The notes under the pieces: generated by a model
Told to the model about the DNA's origin: nothing
Database searches by the model: none
What the model saw: the letters and a program-made list of their open reading frames with translations, nothing else
DNA from: Basidiobolus meristosporus CBS 931.73
Taxonomy: Eukaryota > Fungi > Basidiobolomycota
Reading direction: 5' to 3'
Assembly: GCA_002104905.1 (NCBI GenBank)
Contig: MCFE01000311.1
Location: forward strand, 33,561-97,560
Length of the DNA: 64,000 bases
Program-made: the position numbers and the translations under genes
Shown: positions 23,839 through 37,568 of the stretch, in pieces
How the letters are laid out: the number at the start of each line of letters is the position of its first letter
Numbering within the stretch: the stretch's first letter is position 1

Positions 23839-24571
23839 AGACTTGTTCTGTTGGATAGTGCCACATTGAGCCATGAGTGCCAAATTATGCCATAGTGTGC
23901 CAAGGGGGCCAAATGATCCTATATTTGGCCACAGAGTGTGAAACATAGCTCTGCATCTGCATGCAAAGTGGCCCCTATGTTTCACTCATTGTGCTGGAGA
24001 AAATCTACTTTTTGACCTCTTTTTTGGGATCAATGTTTTACAGGATGTGTAAGAGCAGAAAACAGTTGAAGACATGCATCTGGTACTCAATACCCCTGGC
24101 GCCCTGAATCTAGCTCCTGTAGCTTGTATCATGCCACAAAAATGCATGGCACTATCTTAGTCCACTGGTACTATCAGGCACTATATTTAAATATTAGCCC
24201 TAAAGTAAGACCTATATAAAGTACTTATAGTGTCAGATAGTACCAGTGAACCAAGATAGTGCCATGCATTTTTGTGACATGATACCAGCCACAAGAGCAA
24301 GATTCAAAGTGCCATTGGTATTGAGTATCAGAGGCATGTCTTCAGTCCTTTGGTGCTCTTGCACATCCTGAACAATGTTGATCCAAAAAAAAGGTCAAAA
24401 AATGGATTTTCTCCAGTAAAATGGGTCAACCACAGGGGCTGCTTTGCATGAAGATGCAGAGCTATGTTTCACGCTCTGTGGCCAAATATAGGTTCACTTG
24501 GCCTCCCTGGGACACTATGTCATCTTTTGGCACTCATGGCTTAATGTGGCACTTTCCAACGGAACAAGTCT
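23839..24571. mobile_element. Fold-back MITE with Pangu-type ends (733 bp; ~346-bp inverted arms, ~40-bp spacer)
   Basis: AGACTTGTTCTGTTGG...CCAACGGAACAAGTCT termini and perfect TSD ATT. Arms 23839-24185 and 24226-24571 are reverse complements. Confidence 0.92.
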
Positions 24572-27500
24572 ATTTATTCAAGTGGCATTCCATATCTATT
24601 CCTACCAATAGTATATTGGAAGCATTGGGAGTTATATATGGACATTGTAGGAATATTTATCCAGAAGCAGATCATCAATGCCAATTTGACAGATCTACAG
24701 CTGTTGTGCAAGGAGTTTGTGATGAGATTTGAGCAGCTATACTACAAACATAAAGCTGAAGGCATAGATCTCTGCTGCTACTGCATCCATTCTTTACTCC
24801 AGCTTACATGGTGTGTGGAGAATATTGGGCCTGCTTCACCTTTTGGGAGTTTCCAATGGAACATATGTCTGGGAAGATAGGAAGACAAGTCAAGTTGCAG
24901 GTACCTCAATATCCCAATCTCATCAAGAATACTACCTTCAAGACCATTATGGATGTGATGAGTTGGCACATGGAGGACAGCCAGGAAGAGTTGGAAAATA
25001 CTGAGGACAAATGTGCACATGGAGGCACCTATGCCTATAGCATTAAGACACTAAGCAGCCCCAATGCATGGGTAATCAGTCAAGTGATGAAATGTTGTGT
25101 TTGGTGCAACAAGCAGCTAATTTTTATCAGGAGAACTCTACCAAGGTATGCCAGATTTCTCATGGTCACAAGCCAACTTCTACACCATTCAATACAGAAT
25201 TCACACAAACCAAAGCCGGAGCGCACCTATATGGGGGCTAGAATCTAGCATGGAGAAGGAATATATGGGCTAAATACCAAGAAGTTGTTTGCAGATATTC
25301 AGGAGGTATTCACAGCAGAAGTGGCAACAACTAAGCTTATGTTTAAAAGATGTTTATGCTACCAGCAGCACAAGGTATATGGCAACTTTGCAACTATCAC
25401 ACTAAAAAGCTGTAAAGCTGAGGTGTTACAAGTATGTCAATTGCGGCAAGTGTGTGTACTTGTAGAGGTTGGTAAGCAGGAGGCCATAGTTTTTTCTGAT
25501 TCAAACTATATGTGGAATACCCAAGGTAGTGGTGGGTAAGCAAATAAAGAGGGGTGATTCTACAATGAAATATATGAAATGCACAAGTGGAGGTAGTAAA
25601 AGGAAATACTATTTGGTAAATTGGTACGGTAACATTACACAGAACCAGAGGTAGATCATCATACTGTCAATAAAGTGCCATCAGAGTCTTGCAGTGAGGC
25701 CGTCAAGATACCGTCAAGTTTCTTGCCATATAAGGCAATTGGATGTCCTGGCCAACTGAATCAACGTAATATAGTTATAGAGCGCTAAAAGACTGCAACA
25801 ATACCATGCAATTATTGTTACAGCACTGATAAAATATTGTCAAGTTTTGTCCCTTTATTTGATTGTAAATTTAGCAAAATACCATCATGATCCTGTCAAG
25901 AGATTGTTAGGAGGGTAACTAGTTCCAAGCTGCTGGTATTATGACAGTCTTTGAACTGGATCATGACAGCTGATGTGGATTGGATCCACCCATGGGACCA
26001 AATTATTTTTCATAGGGACTCTGTTGCCTTTATAGCCCAACTCAGCTATATACAAGATCATTATTAGACCAGAACTTCTCTGCTAATATTTCTGTCACTC
26101 TTGACAGTTCTCAGACTCTGCACTTAACTGTCACTTAGGTTCAGGTAACACATTCAAGAGTTTATTACACTTTTATTGTGGATACAACAACTGGTGTATT
26201 CATTGCTGCCTGCTTGTCCATTTGCAGCACTCTTTCAGCAACATGACACTTCTTTGTTACTGTAGTAGTGCATATATCCAATTGATATATGTTAATAGAA
26301 GTACTTCACTACTACAATATGTCAAAACCTACAAGGCACTCATTTCTTTATTTTGTTTTTGCTGTTTTAATGCACAAATAAAAGATCAAGAAATTCCCAC
26401 TTTGAAGGACAAATACTCAAGACCCCAACAAGCAAATCACGCAAGAATATTAGGTCCTGCAGAATGCTCTGTAGCCAATACATGATTCAGATTACAGCTC
26501 ATTTGAAGAAGTATTTAAGGAGTTATGATAAAAGAGTCCAATTAGCATGTACTAGGTGTCTATTGCTAAGATTACTATTGTGACTTCAATTGTGTGTAAC
26601 TTTTGATCCAGCCAATTAAATCATAAGAAATTCTCACAGGTGCTGCACCATGTCTGATCTGCACCACTGTAAGATGTTAGCTTTGTATTGTGTTTATTGC
26701 TTGCACAATCACCAAACAACTTTGATCCTTCAAAATTTTCATAAATAAATGACTTCCCCAGCTGAAAATATAGGAGAGCCTCTCTTTCCAGAATCTCCAC
26801 ACAACAATTACAAGTTCAAAGGTTATAAGACTTCCCTTGCATCACTTGCACTGTTGAGTATCCTGACTTTGATTGGTACTACATCAGTAAAGAGACTGCA
26901 AAGCTCACAAGAATCCAATTCAAGTCCTACAAGAAAACTACCATTTTTCAATTGGAAAAGTGCCTGCTAAGAAACCCCTTTATGCGCCTCCTTAGTCTAA
27001 AAACTTCTTTTGAGACCCCTTTAAGAAGCCCCTTTGGGCACCCCTTTAGTGTGAAGTCCACTTCAGAGACCGCTGTCAGAAACCCTTTTACTCTAAAGAC
27101 ACCACTTGAAATCCAAAGACTCCTTCAGGAGACTTCTACACCACACCCTTTAGGTTAAAGTGAAGCTGAGAATTTCCACATTAGGAAATATTCTCTCTGT
27201 AGCAAGAATGACTTCAAAATAAGGAAAATGAGCTTTAAATGTAAATCAGCCCAATAGTTGTCCACAGAGGTCAAAACACTGCTGTACTAGTGCAACAAGA
27301 CTCAATCCTTGCAAAAGTACATTCAAAAGTCTGAGTTAAAAGCAAGGAATGTTGAAGTGGCTATTGCAATTCCAAGATTTTATCAAACAAGCTATTTTCT
27401 GATGAACATGCCTCTTGAGATATGTAAAGCCATTAGCCACCAAGTTCAGGCTGCAAGCTCCTACAACAATGTGAAGCAAATGGTATCAAACTATCTATCA

Positions 27501-30500
27501 GGAAGACAAGTCATGGATTCCATTAATAATTAAATGAGGATTTCTATTCCAACTAAACAAATTCTTCACTGTACAAATAACTCACAAAGTGATCAAGTTA
27601 GTGAATTAATTGATGCATTAAGAAAACTGACACTTTAGTTGGACTCTCAAAGTGTTTTATCATCAAGCATCTGCAATGCATGACCAGAAAAACCCAAAAC
27701 AACCAGTAACTATCCACAGCAAACCAAGTGTTGTGTGTACTGTGAATCTGCAGAGCACAGCCATTATGGTTGGCAAATATTGAGTGTTGATATTGACAGT
27801 TGCAAAGTTACAATTAATTGCTATAGGAAAATCTGTGGCATTACTAAAAACCCTTTACCTATCATCAGAGGTTGTGGTGGAATGAGGTCCTATGTACTTG
27901 CACAAGTAGAATCATGTAAAAACACCATAACATCTAATTTAATACAAGTCCTAAAGAATGCCAATATTTGAAGCAATGAATGCTACATACTCACAATGCC
28001 AGACCCATCAGGGCAGGTCTAGGAATATCTAATAGAAAAAGAGGAAGTAGAAGAATATAAATGCCTTGCTACAAGAGAAATATGTCTCTACAGAAAACAA
28101 CCCCATAAAATGTGTGTACCAACCAAAGAAATCACCCAGTTGATGAAATAGTAGTACAGCCAGAAGCATCAAAAGTCTAAAAAGAATGCTTGCAATCTCA
28201 ATCCAAGTATGGCACTACTGCAATTACACAGAAAGTTATCAATAAATTCTGGAAATCACCATTTCCACAACTTACAAATTAAGAAATGTTTACCACCAAC
28301 AACAATCTCAATCAGCAACTGCCAATACTGGTTAAACCTATGAGCAAATATATCCTCATGAATCATCAAGAATAATCTTCAGCAATATTATCAAGTGAAC
28401 AGCTACAATTTGAAGTTGAAAAAGCCTTTTACTCTATTATAACAGGATGCTATGCTGCTACAATCAACAATGTTTAAGCGGAATATATTTTTGATTCTGG
28501 ATCAGAAATCAATGCCATCACTGCTATGACTTGTGAAAATATCAAGTAGCCATTGACAGAAGTTGACTGGGATATGAGAACTACTACCGGTGCAGCAGAG
28601 AAAATGTTTGGACTTTGTCACTCTGTGCCAATGAAACTGAAGGAATCAGGGTTACTTCTCCCTTTTTCATTGTAGCCAATGGGCCAACTTTTTAGGAATT
28701 GTTAGGATGGCCATATAAGAGAAAATCTCTTCTACAAGCTGATAACATATCTGATAGAAGCTTATGGCTGGCAATCACATCCAACAATCAAAAAAGAAGG
28801 GCAACTTTTTGTGCAGCAGAAGAGAAAATTTCAAGAAATAAAGACTCAACTCCATTACAAAATATTCCAGTTCATAAGGATGTTTTAGTTTATGATCAAC
28901 ACTTCATTGCATCAACAACAAGTAAGACAAACACCAAGCATAAGCCAGTTGTATTGAAAGCAAAGCCAGTGTCTACTGGAATCACACCATCTGCCCATGA
29001 CAATCTCCAAATGGAGCCTTTGCACAAATATGAAAAATCAGACTCACAGAACAGAAACTCCAGGAGTTAGCTATTGGGTTTACTCTTACAACTGAGGAGA
29101 AAAGTCTCATTTTGACTATGCTGCTATGATATGACAATGTATTTGCATTTAATGATGCACAAAGAGGATGATTATTCACAGAACTATTTCCACTGGTTAA
29201 GATCCATACTGTTCAGCATACACCATGAGCACTAAGATCATATCCTATTCCCTCAAGATTACTGATCAAAGTAATTGAAATGCCACAATCAAGATTTCAG
29301 ATGGAGTTATGGAATGTAGCTAGGGACCATATTGTACTTCTTGGTTTACATAGATACATCACATGTCTTACCCCATGTCAGAAGATATGGTTATGATAAC
29401 ATATCACTGTTGAAAGGGTCATGAAGTAACTTCAAGCATCTGGTCTGACTGTATTTGGGGCCAAATGTGCATTTGGCTACAACAAAGCAAACAATCTAGG
29501 TGAGCTTGTTACTGAAAAAGGGATATTGCATGATCCTGCAAATCATCATCAGCACTAAATTGAAAGACACCAAGCAATATTCATCAAGTCAGACAACTAT
29601 AGGGACTAACTGGTCTATTCAGAATCTGGATTAAGAACTATGCTCAAATTGCTAAGCCACTGGCTTGACTATTACAGGGAAATCTGAAGATTGAGTGGCA
29701 TGAAGAGCAGGCAAATGCTGTGGTGACATAGCTTGAGCCATGATCAAAGCCACCTATCTTAGCAGATATAGACTGCACTGTTATTGATTCACAGCCAATC
29801 ATTGAATAGGTTGATAGCTTTGTAATTGGGGTTGCAGGAATCATGATTCAGGTTTCAAGGATCATTGTTGACAACCTTGCAGATATCTTAACAGATATAT
29901 CAAAGGATATGAGCTTAACTATTCATCTATCAACAAAGAGGCACTGGGAGTACTCTATGTACTCAAAAGCTAAAGCCATACTTGTTAGGAGTACACTGCC
30001 TGCTAGAGGTTGAAGCCAAGCCAATATTGGGGGCATCGAATAAGTCAGAGCTATTTCCTAAACCTATTCCAGCATAGTAGATATCAAATATCCAGATATT
30101 TAGCTATATACTGCAACACACACCAGGAGCCAATCACAAGGGACCTGATGCTTTATCTAGAAAGCAACCAAATTTACTAAACTCAGCTGAAGATGATAAG
30201 ATTAATGAGTTTCTTGAAAACACAAGTGTTGGATTCTCACTCAGAAATATGACACTGAGCAATCATCAGCAAATCAAGGAATTTTTGACATCACTCAAAG
30301 TTCCTGCCAATACTCCCACAAATCAGGGCACAAACTTAAAGAAGAAGGCTTTGAAGTATATACTGCAGGATGGTACACTTTTCAAGAAAACAAATATGGT
30401 GTTCCTCAATGGCTTTTATATGACAAGCATGATCAACAGAAGATCATTCAGGAATTGCATGAATCTGAATCAGGAGGTCATAAGGGAATTACATCAGCAT

Positions 30501-31272
30501 ATACAAAAACCTCCTTACAGTATTTTTGGCCAACACTTTACACCAATGCAAAAGAATATGTCAATCATATATTGCATGTCAAAAAAGAGCCAGTCAAAAG
30601 ATGCATGAGCCACTTTACAGTTTATATAAATCTGATACCGGGCAAATTGCACAAGTAGATATCATACATTTATCAAGGGCAACTGCAGGATATATGTATG
30701 TAGTGGACTGTTGTGATAACTCTGCTGGTTGGATAGAGGCTAGAATGCTGAGACAAACCAATGCAAAAGCAGTAGCAAGATTTCTTAAAGAAGATGTGCA
30801 TCACAGATATGGTTCAGTTGGTACTCTTATTGCAGATAATGAAGAATGTGGACCTTATGCAATAAAAGCACCAGTAAGGAAGTGTGGAGGAAAGCATATC
30901 AATACATGCCATATCACCCATAAGCAAATTCACCAGTTGAAGGTCAACATTCTGCTTTTGCAAACACATTAGCAACACTTAGCTATGACAAACCCAACAA
31001 TTGGGCAAATAACTTTCATGCAGCAATTTGGGCTCATAAAGTCACGGACAAAAGAAGTATGCATTATACTTCATTTTTCCTAATATATGGACATGAAGCT
31101 ACTTTGTCAATAAGCATATCATCTGAAAAATGGCTTGCCCTCCCATGGAAGCCAACCATGACAACATCAGAGCTACTGCTAGCACAAATATCACATACTC
31201 AACAAGCTCGCACTCTGCAAAAGAATGCAATAGAAAACCTTAAGATAGCCAGAATGGCCAACAAGGAGTACT

Positions 31273-34200
31273 CCCTATGAAAAATAATTTGGTCCTGTAG
31301 GGGGATCCAATCTGAATCAGCTGTCAGGATCCCATTAAAAGACCATCATAATAACAGCAGCTTGGAATTTATGACCCTCTTAACAATCCTATAACAGGAT
31401 CACCACAGTGTATTGCTAATTTACTACCAAATAAAATGATAAAACTTGACATGGCTTGATTAGTGCTGTGGCAATAACTCTATTGTATTGTTGCGGTCTT
31501 ATTGCACTCTACAATCATTATAAATGGATCCAACTAGCCAGGACATCTAATTGTCTTATATGGCAAGAAACTTGACAGTATTTCAACAAGCTCAAAGCAA
31601 GACTCTGATGGCATTATATTGGCAGTATATTGGCCTATAGTGTACTCTGTATAATTATACAGCCTCAATTTAACAAATGGTATTTCCTTTTCCTATCTCC
31701 CCATTTGCAATTTATGTATTTGGCTGTAGAATCACCCCTCTTTGTCTGCTCACCAACTATTACCTTGGGTATTCCACATATAGTTTGAATGAAGAAAAAC
31801 TATTGCCTCCTGCTTACTGAATTCTACAAACATGCATACCTGTCACAATTAACATACTTCTATCACCTCAACTTTATGGCTTTTAGTGTGATACTTGCAA
31901 AGTTGCCATATACCTTGTGCTGCTGGTAGCATAAACATCTTGCAAACATAAGCTTGGTTGTTGCCACTTCTGCCATGAATACCTCCTGAATATTTGCAAA
32001 GAACCTCTTGGTATTTAGCCAATATATTCCTTCTCCCTGCTGGATCCTAATCCCTCTTATAGGTGTGCTCTGGCTCTTGTTTGTATGAATTCCATATTGA
32101 GTCTTACCCACTAGTGGACAAACAAGGCTATATCTGGGAAGACTTAGTGCAAAGGAACAGACTCCAGCTTGCAAGACTTGCTGATAATACTGAACCATCA
32201 AGATATTGGTATCACAAGAAAAGAGATTCAGGAGAACCCTCTCAAATTTAGTAGGGGAGAATTTGTGACCTGCTGCTTGAATGTTTAAGTTAGTTCAGTT
32301 TTTAGTCAAGTCAATCAGTGTATTTTTAGGTTATCAGTATATTAGTATTTTCGATGAAATCAGTAGCATTAGTCAGCAAATGAATCAGCAGATCCTTATC
32401 AGACAGAAATAGAAATATTAAGTAGGATCTTATTGGGTGATGATGATGCAATTAAATGAGTCATCAACCACAGCCTACATTAGGAAATACAATTAGTCAG
32501 CAATTGATCTGGCAAAATATATATAAGGAGCTGCTGGAACCTCAATAAAAATCAGTTCAAGTTTTAGTGAATACAATACTAGCTAAACTCTCTATTCCTC
32601 TACACCTCTTATACCAAGACTTGTAACAGGTTTAGAAGTTGGCTTGTGACCAAGAGAAATCCAGCATACCTTGTCAGAGCTCACCTAATAATAATTAGTT
32701 GCTTGTTGCGCCCAAGCCAACTTTGCATTACTTAACTGATTACCCATGCATTGGGGCTGCTTAGCTTCTTAATGACATAGGCATAAGTGTCTCCATATGC
32801 ACATTTGTCCTCAGTATTTTCCAACTCTTCCAGGCTGTCCTCCATGTGCCAACTTGTTATATCCATGACAGACTTGAAGGTAGTATTCTTGATGAGATTG
32901 GGATATTGTAGTAGCTGCAACTTGACTTGACTTCCCATCTCCCCACACATCTGCTCCATAGGAAACTCCCAAAGGGTGAAGCAAGGCCCAATATTTTCCA
33001 CACACCATTCAATATGGAGTAGAGAATGGATACAGTAGAGGCAGAGAGCTACACATTCAGCTTTATGTTTGTAGTATAGCAACTCAAGTCCCATTACAAA
33101 CTCCTTGCACAACAGCTCTAGATATGTCAAGTTGGCATTGGTGATCTGCATCTGGATAAATACTCCCACAATGTCCATATATGACTCCCAATGCTTCCAA
33201 CATACTATTGGTGGGAATGGCTTCAGAATCCCACATGAGTAAATACATACCTAGCTCATCTAGTCTTTGCATCTGTATTGTTGCGTATGCATATGAATTT
33301 TGATTGGAGCCAGCAAGAAGTACTTTGAGTAGCAGATACTCTTTAATAACTTGCCAATTTTTGCAAATTTCTGGTATACTGAAGGGCTTGTTTAGCTTGA
33401 AATGCCCAATGTACAACTTGGTCATTAGTATAGAGATGTTGTTGAAAAGCAAATGCATTGCTCCCGGTGGAAAGGTTTTGCTCCAACAGATATCCTCGAT
33501 CCTGAGTATCTCCAGCTTCCAATTGATTCCATATTTTGGCCAATGGCTTATAGCTTGCCAACTTTGCTGCAATTGCATGCTGACTTCTGTACATTCTCTC
33601 AGTGGAAAGATGATGTTCCTTGTGATGGTGTTTGGAAATAATAATGTGTGTGAGTTATGGAGAAAATCCCCTGGATCTCACACATTCAACAGCAATACCA
33701 ACCATTATGCCCAGAAAACCTGCTATCTTGCTAATGGTTGGGGTATCTCCACTGCAGATAATAATATGCAATCTTACATGAAAGCCATTCACTGTTATCC
33801 TGCTGGAAAGCATGCAAGATTCATCCAGCAAAGGATACAGGTAACTATCCAAGTTGGACAGTAATTTGAGCCCAGATACCAGTGAGACTACCATCTAATT
33901 ATCACTATGATACCATAAGATGTGCAGCAGACTCAGATTGATGAGAATCAGTGGCCAGCAGGATTTGCTGGTAGAGTACTTATTTAATGAGAATCTTTCA
34001 AGTGCTAAGGCAAAGGCAGGGTTGTACATATCTTCAACATAGACCTTACTTCTTAGCTGTTGGTAATGTTTGCCTTAAATATATTGGATATGTTTGCACA
34101 TGATTGATACAGAGTGTGATACTGTGTAGCTTTACAATATTTGTCAACTGCATCAGCTTCCTTGGATGGCATATTGCCAGATTATATCTGGAGTGTGAGC

Positions 34201-37200
34201 AATGTTTTCCCCTGATGATGGTGGATTTGTGACAATTTGGACATGTTGCAATGGTTGAATTTTTGAATGTAAATGTCATGTAACTGTTAACACATGCTGG
34301 AATCAGGACAGTCTCTGGATCATATGTTACCAGCTGCATGGCAGTTGTCCACTTGTACCATGTATATGGTAAGTTGCATCCCAGAAAGATTTTGGCATAA
34401 AGTAGTGTATGTTCTCAAAGCCCCCATTGCTGATATTAGCAGAAATGTGCCACTTCTCTAACCACAATATTACATCATTCAGCAGTCAATGGATTACTGG
34501 GCTCACTTAGCTCCATAAAGTATCCTTGGCATTTGCTTCAAAGGGTGTTGTCTCATTGCAGATTGGGATTGGACTGTACTCATACATGGAACTGTTATTA
34601 GGGGAGATAGGCTCAAAATCCATTAGCAAACCTTCTTTGTCAGAGCTATCACTCTGCATGCCATGTTCAGAAGGCTGAGGTTAGCCTATAGGTGTTACAA
34701 ACTCACCTGACTCAGTTTACGCAAGGTGACAAAGATAGTCAGGTGCCAATACCAAAGTATCAATTGGCCAGCAAGATGACGTGGGTACAGTAGTGACCAA
34801 TGAATGTTCAAATATGACATGTGTAGCAAACACTGGCCATGGTCCTTGTAATACCTGCTATGCTGTCTGTGTGCTTCTTGGCTGAGTGGCTTACTACAAT
34901 AGGCACATGGTCATTTTTCTCTTTGCTTACAGCATTGAGTCAAAGTAGTCTTGTCATGGTGCAAACAGTTTGACCTTCAACAACATAACACTATTAAGTC
35001 CCTTTTTGGTCTATACTTATGTGAATTGAAGACAGTCTGGTACTTGAGACATTGCACCTACATGAATGTAAGATTCAATGATAAACCCAATAGTAAGCAT
35101 TATAAATAAGGTTGTGGCACCATGTACACACATATATGTAACACTAATTCCACTTTGGCTTGACTCACTTCCATATATATGCCGCCAAAAAATAAAGCAA
35201 AGTTGTCTGGTCCCCAACCAAACCTCACCACTGACAGTAACAGAAGAAGAGTTGGGCAATAGCTTACACTGACATTCAATGCAACAAGCAGGGCTACATC
35301 AAAAAAAGGCCATGTTAAAAGTGTGCCCACTGAAGGTAGTAATGCAGATTCCTCAGGCTCTCAGTCAAGTAGGTAATTGAATACCTTTGCAAAGCCACCA
35401 GCTGATCATTATACTCAGGCAGATGAGAATGTTGCAAATGCCATACCCTCAGTGGAAGACCAGCCAGTGGCCATGATAACATCACTACCACCCATATTAG
35501 CAAGTGTGTTGTCAGCTCATACCAAAGCATTAATGAAGCAATTAGGTGCAGCAGCTGTTAGGATAGATGCAATGGCCCAGAGAAATCATAAATAGTCCAA
35601 AAACAAGATAAGCAGATAACATATGTAGAGCAATCAATATCCCAGGTAGAGAAAGCAGTATCTTTTCTGCAAAGAAGGAACTCAAGTAGCTCAATGTCTC
35701 AGCCAAAAAAAGCCATTTCCAATTTGACAGCAGAGGAACACTGTACAGTCTTTGAAGCACAATAACTTTGCCCAATGATAAATCCCACAGAAACACCTAT
35801 CACATAGTGGGAGGGAGACAATGTGGTCTTTATACCAAAGCCTAAAAATCAAAAATATTTAGATCTGGGAGGCCATTGAGTGCAATATTGCAGGGTGGGC
35901 AAATTTTTGGGAGGCCTTGAGAAGTCTAGCAAGCCATTGCCTTAAGGTTGGCATACCATGGGACCATCAGGTACTCAAAGCCAAGCAGAATGTGCTTGAC
36001 TTGTTTCATGAGCATTATGCTATATTCAAACAGGCAAACAGATTTTGGGCCAGCATTGGTATGCTCAGAGAGTATTTTAAGGATAGCAGAAACTTTCAAA
36101 GGCAGAAGAACAAGGGTGCCATGGTCAAAAACCTGCAGCTTCCTTGAGAGCCCATCACAAGCAGGGCCAAATGCTCCAGAGAAGTGTCAAAGAGATGTCT
36201 GGTAGCCAGAAGAGTGCCAATTAGGGACAAGCAGGCAGACATGGATGAACCAGCACAACTTTTATCATGGAAAAGGTATAGTACCACTCAAGATGCACTT
36301 GGTCACAGTAGCAGTGAAGGACCTGGCAGTGATAAAAACCAGCAGCTTTTACAGAAGCCGGTCACAACTATAGTTGAGAGCTCAAAACAAGCAGAAAAGA
36401 AATGTCAGGCTGCCAGAAGAGTGCCAGCAAGGGACAAGCAGGCCAAAACAGATGCATCAGAGCAGAATTCATCAAGGAGAAAATGTAGGTCATTACAAGA
36501 AGCACTCAGACAGAGTAGCAGTGAAGCACCTGGCAGTTCTAAAGAAAAAGGTAAAGGGAAAAATGTCTCTCCAAGCCTGAGACAGGGAGGCATGGAAAAA
36601 AAGTGCAGTTCTTGCCAATTAATGCTGCAAGCCTGGAACAGACTGAATCCCTTCATAGTCAATAAGAATTACCAACAAGAAAACAGCAGTTTTCACAAGA
36701 GTTGGAAGCGCAGCCAGTTGGGCTACACTTCAGCACAGTAGATGAGTTTGCAGAAAAAGGCAATTGTCTACCACAGCCTCCACATCCTCCTTTGTTGATG
36801 GTGTGGAGATCCCACTAACACACAAGGCTACAACATCAAGAACTCAAACAACTATCACAATGCCTTTGGGGAATTTTGGGGCATTAATAGGCACACTAAG
36901 AGGTTGCAGCACTTCTTCAAGAGCTGTGCTCAAGAAAACGCACTGGAATATTGCAAGAACTTATTTCAAACACTGGCAGATGAGGTGCTGACCTTGCAGT
37001 GTTGACTGAAGGCCAGGATGTGTGGGAACAAGTGAATGAACAGTACCATAAAACCATTGGGTTCCTGCCAAGGTTGTGGAACCAGAGCATTACAGCAGAG
37101 ATACTAATTGAGTGGTTGATTTTAATGGAGTTACTAGTAGAGTGTGGGCTGGGCTTAATGTTAGTGTAGGGTACAGGGACTTGTACAGGTCAATACAATT

Positions 37201-37568
37201 GGCAATTGAGGTACAACTGAAGTTTCAGCGGAAATAAATCAATTTGTGCACATGAAAAGTAAGAGAAACTGATGAGTCAGGAAGTAAGGAGTGCACAGAA
37301 AAGGCAATAACCAATGAATGCACACAAACCTAGGAGGTGATAGAGTGTCTGGGATCAGAGAGTAAGCAAATTGGCAGGGAACTAATCAAAAGCCACTTAC
37401 ACATTGTTGTGATGAGGGATTTTGACTAAGGCTTTTGTGAAATCTGGGGAGCAATTATTTTTCAACAGTCGCTGGACATTGGCCTGACAGGATCAGTACC
37501 TCATAGTCACAGGACCTTAACTTTGTGACAGCCTTTCAATGTGATTGTTACAATAATTTTTCATAGGG
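31273..37568 (-). mobile_element. Full-length decayed CACTA/EnSpm copy C (~5.77 kb net of a 526-bp insert)
   Basis: CCCTATGAAAAAT...ATTTTTCATAGGG termini. The flanks rejoin to gypsy integrase NKEYFDSQK with a (T)ACT duplication. Transposase on the minus strand, ORF2 on the plus strand, colinear with copy A. Confidence 0.9.
32103..32628 (+). mobile_element. 3' fragment of a G1-family gypsy: integrase tail, PPT and complete LTR-C (32264-32628)
   Basis: ARLADNTEPSRYWYHKKRDSGEPSQ matches 46290-46481 (-). PPT TAGGGGAG; LTR TGTGAC...GTAACA. Confidence 0.85.

Larger units (their letters stand above)
13128..26017 (+). mobile_element. CACTA/EnSpm copy B with nested Pangu-like elements, a solo LTR-B and a MITE; ~1.1 kb of transposase deleted
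   Basis: Termini CCCTATGAAAAAT...ATTTTTCATAGGG with ACT on both flanks. ORF2 remnants lie on the minus strand (13.5-15.4 kb). Transposase remnants lie on the plus strand (15614-15674, 22231-25539; IIICIGDTPAISK, GAMHLLFNN). Confidence 0.88.
12600..26189 (+). mobile_element. Solo LTR-D split by CACTA copy B (pieces 12600-13127 and 26018-26189)
   Basis: TATTG...CAACA termini and perfect TSD ACTGG (12595-12599; 26190-26194). The two pieces rejoin into the LTR-D sequence. Confidence 0.88.
10784..26240 (-). mobile_element. Old CACTA/EnSpm copy D (ORF2-side end only), split into 10784-11339, 12038-12599 and 26190-~26240 by LTR insertions
   Basis: Starts CCCTATG. Minus-strand ORFs 11105-11320 and 12161-12355 are homologous to CACTA ORF2 at 55313-55978. 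Confidence 0.7.
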
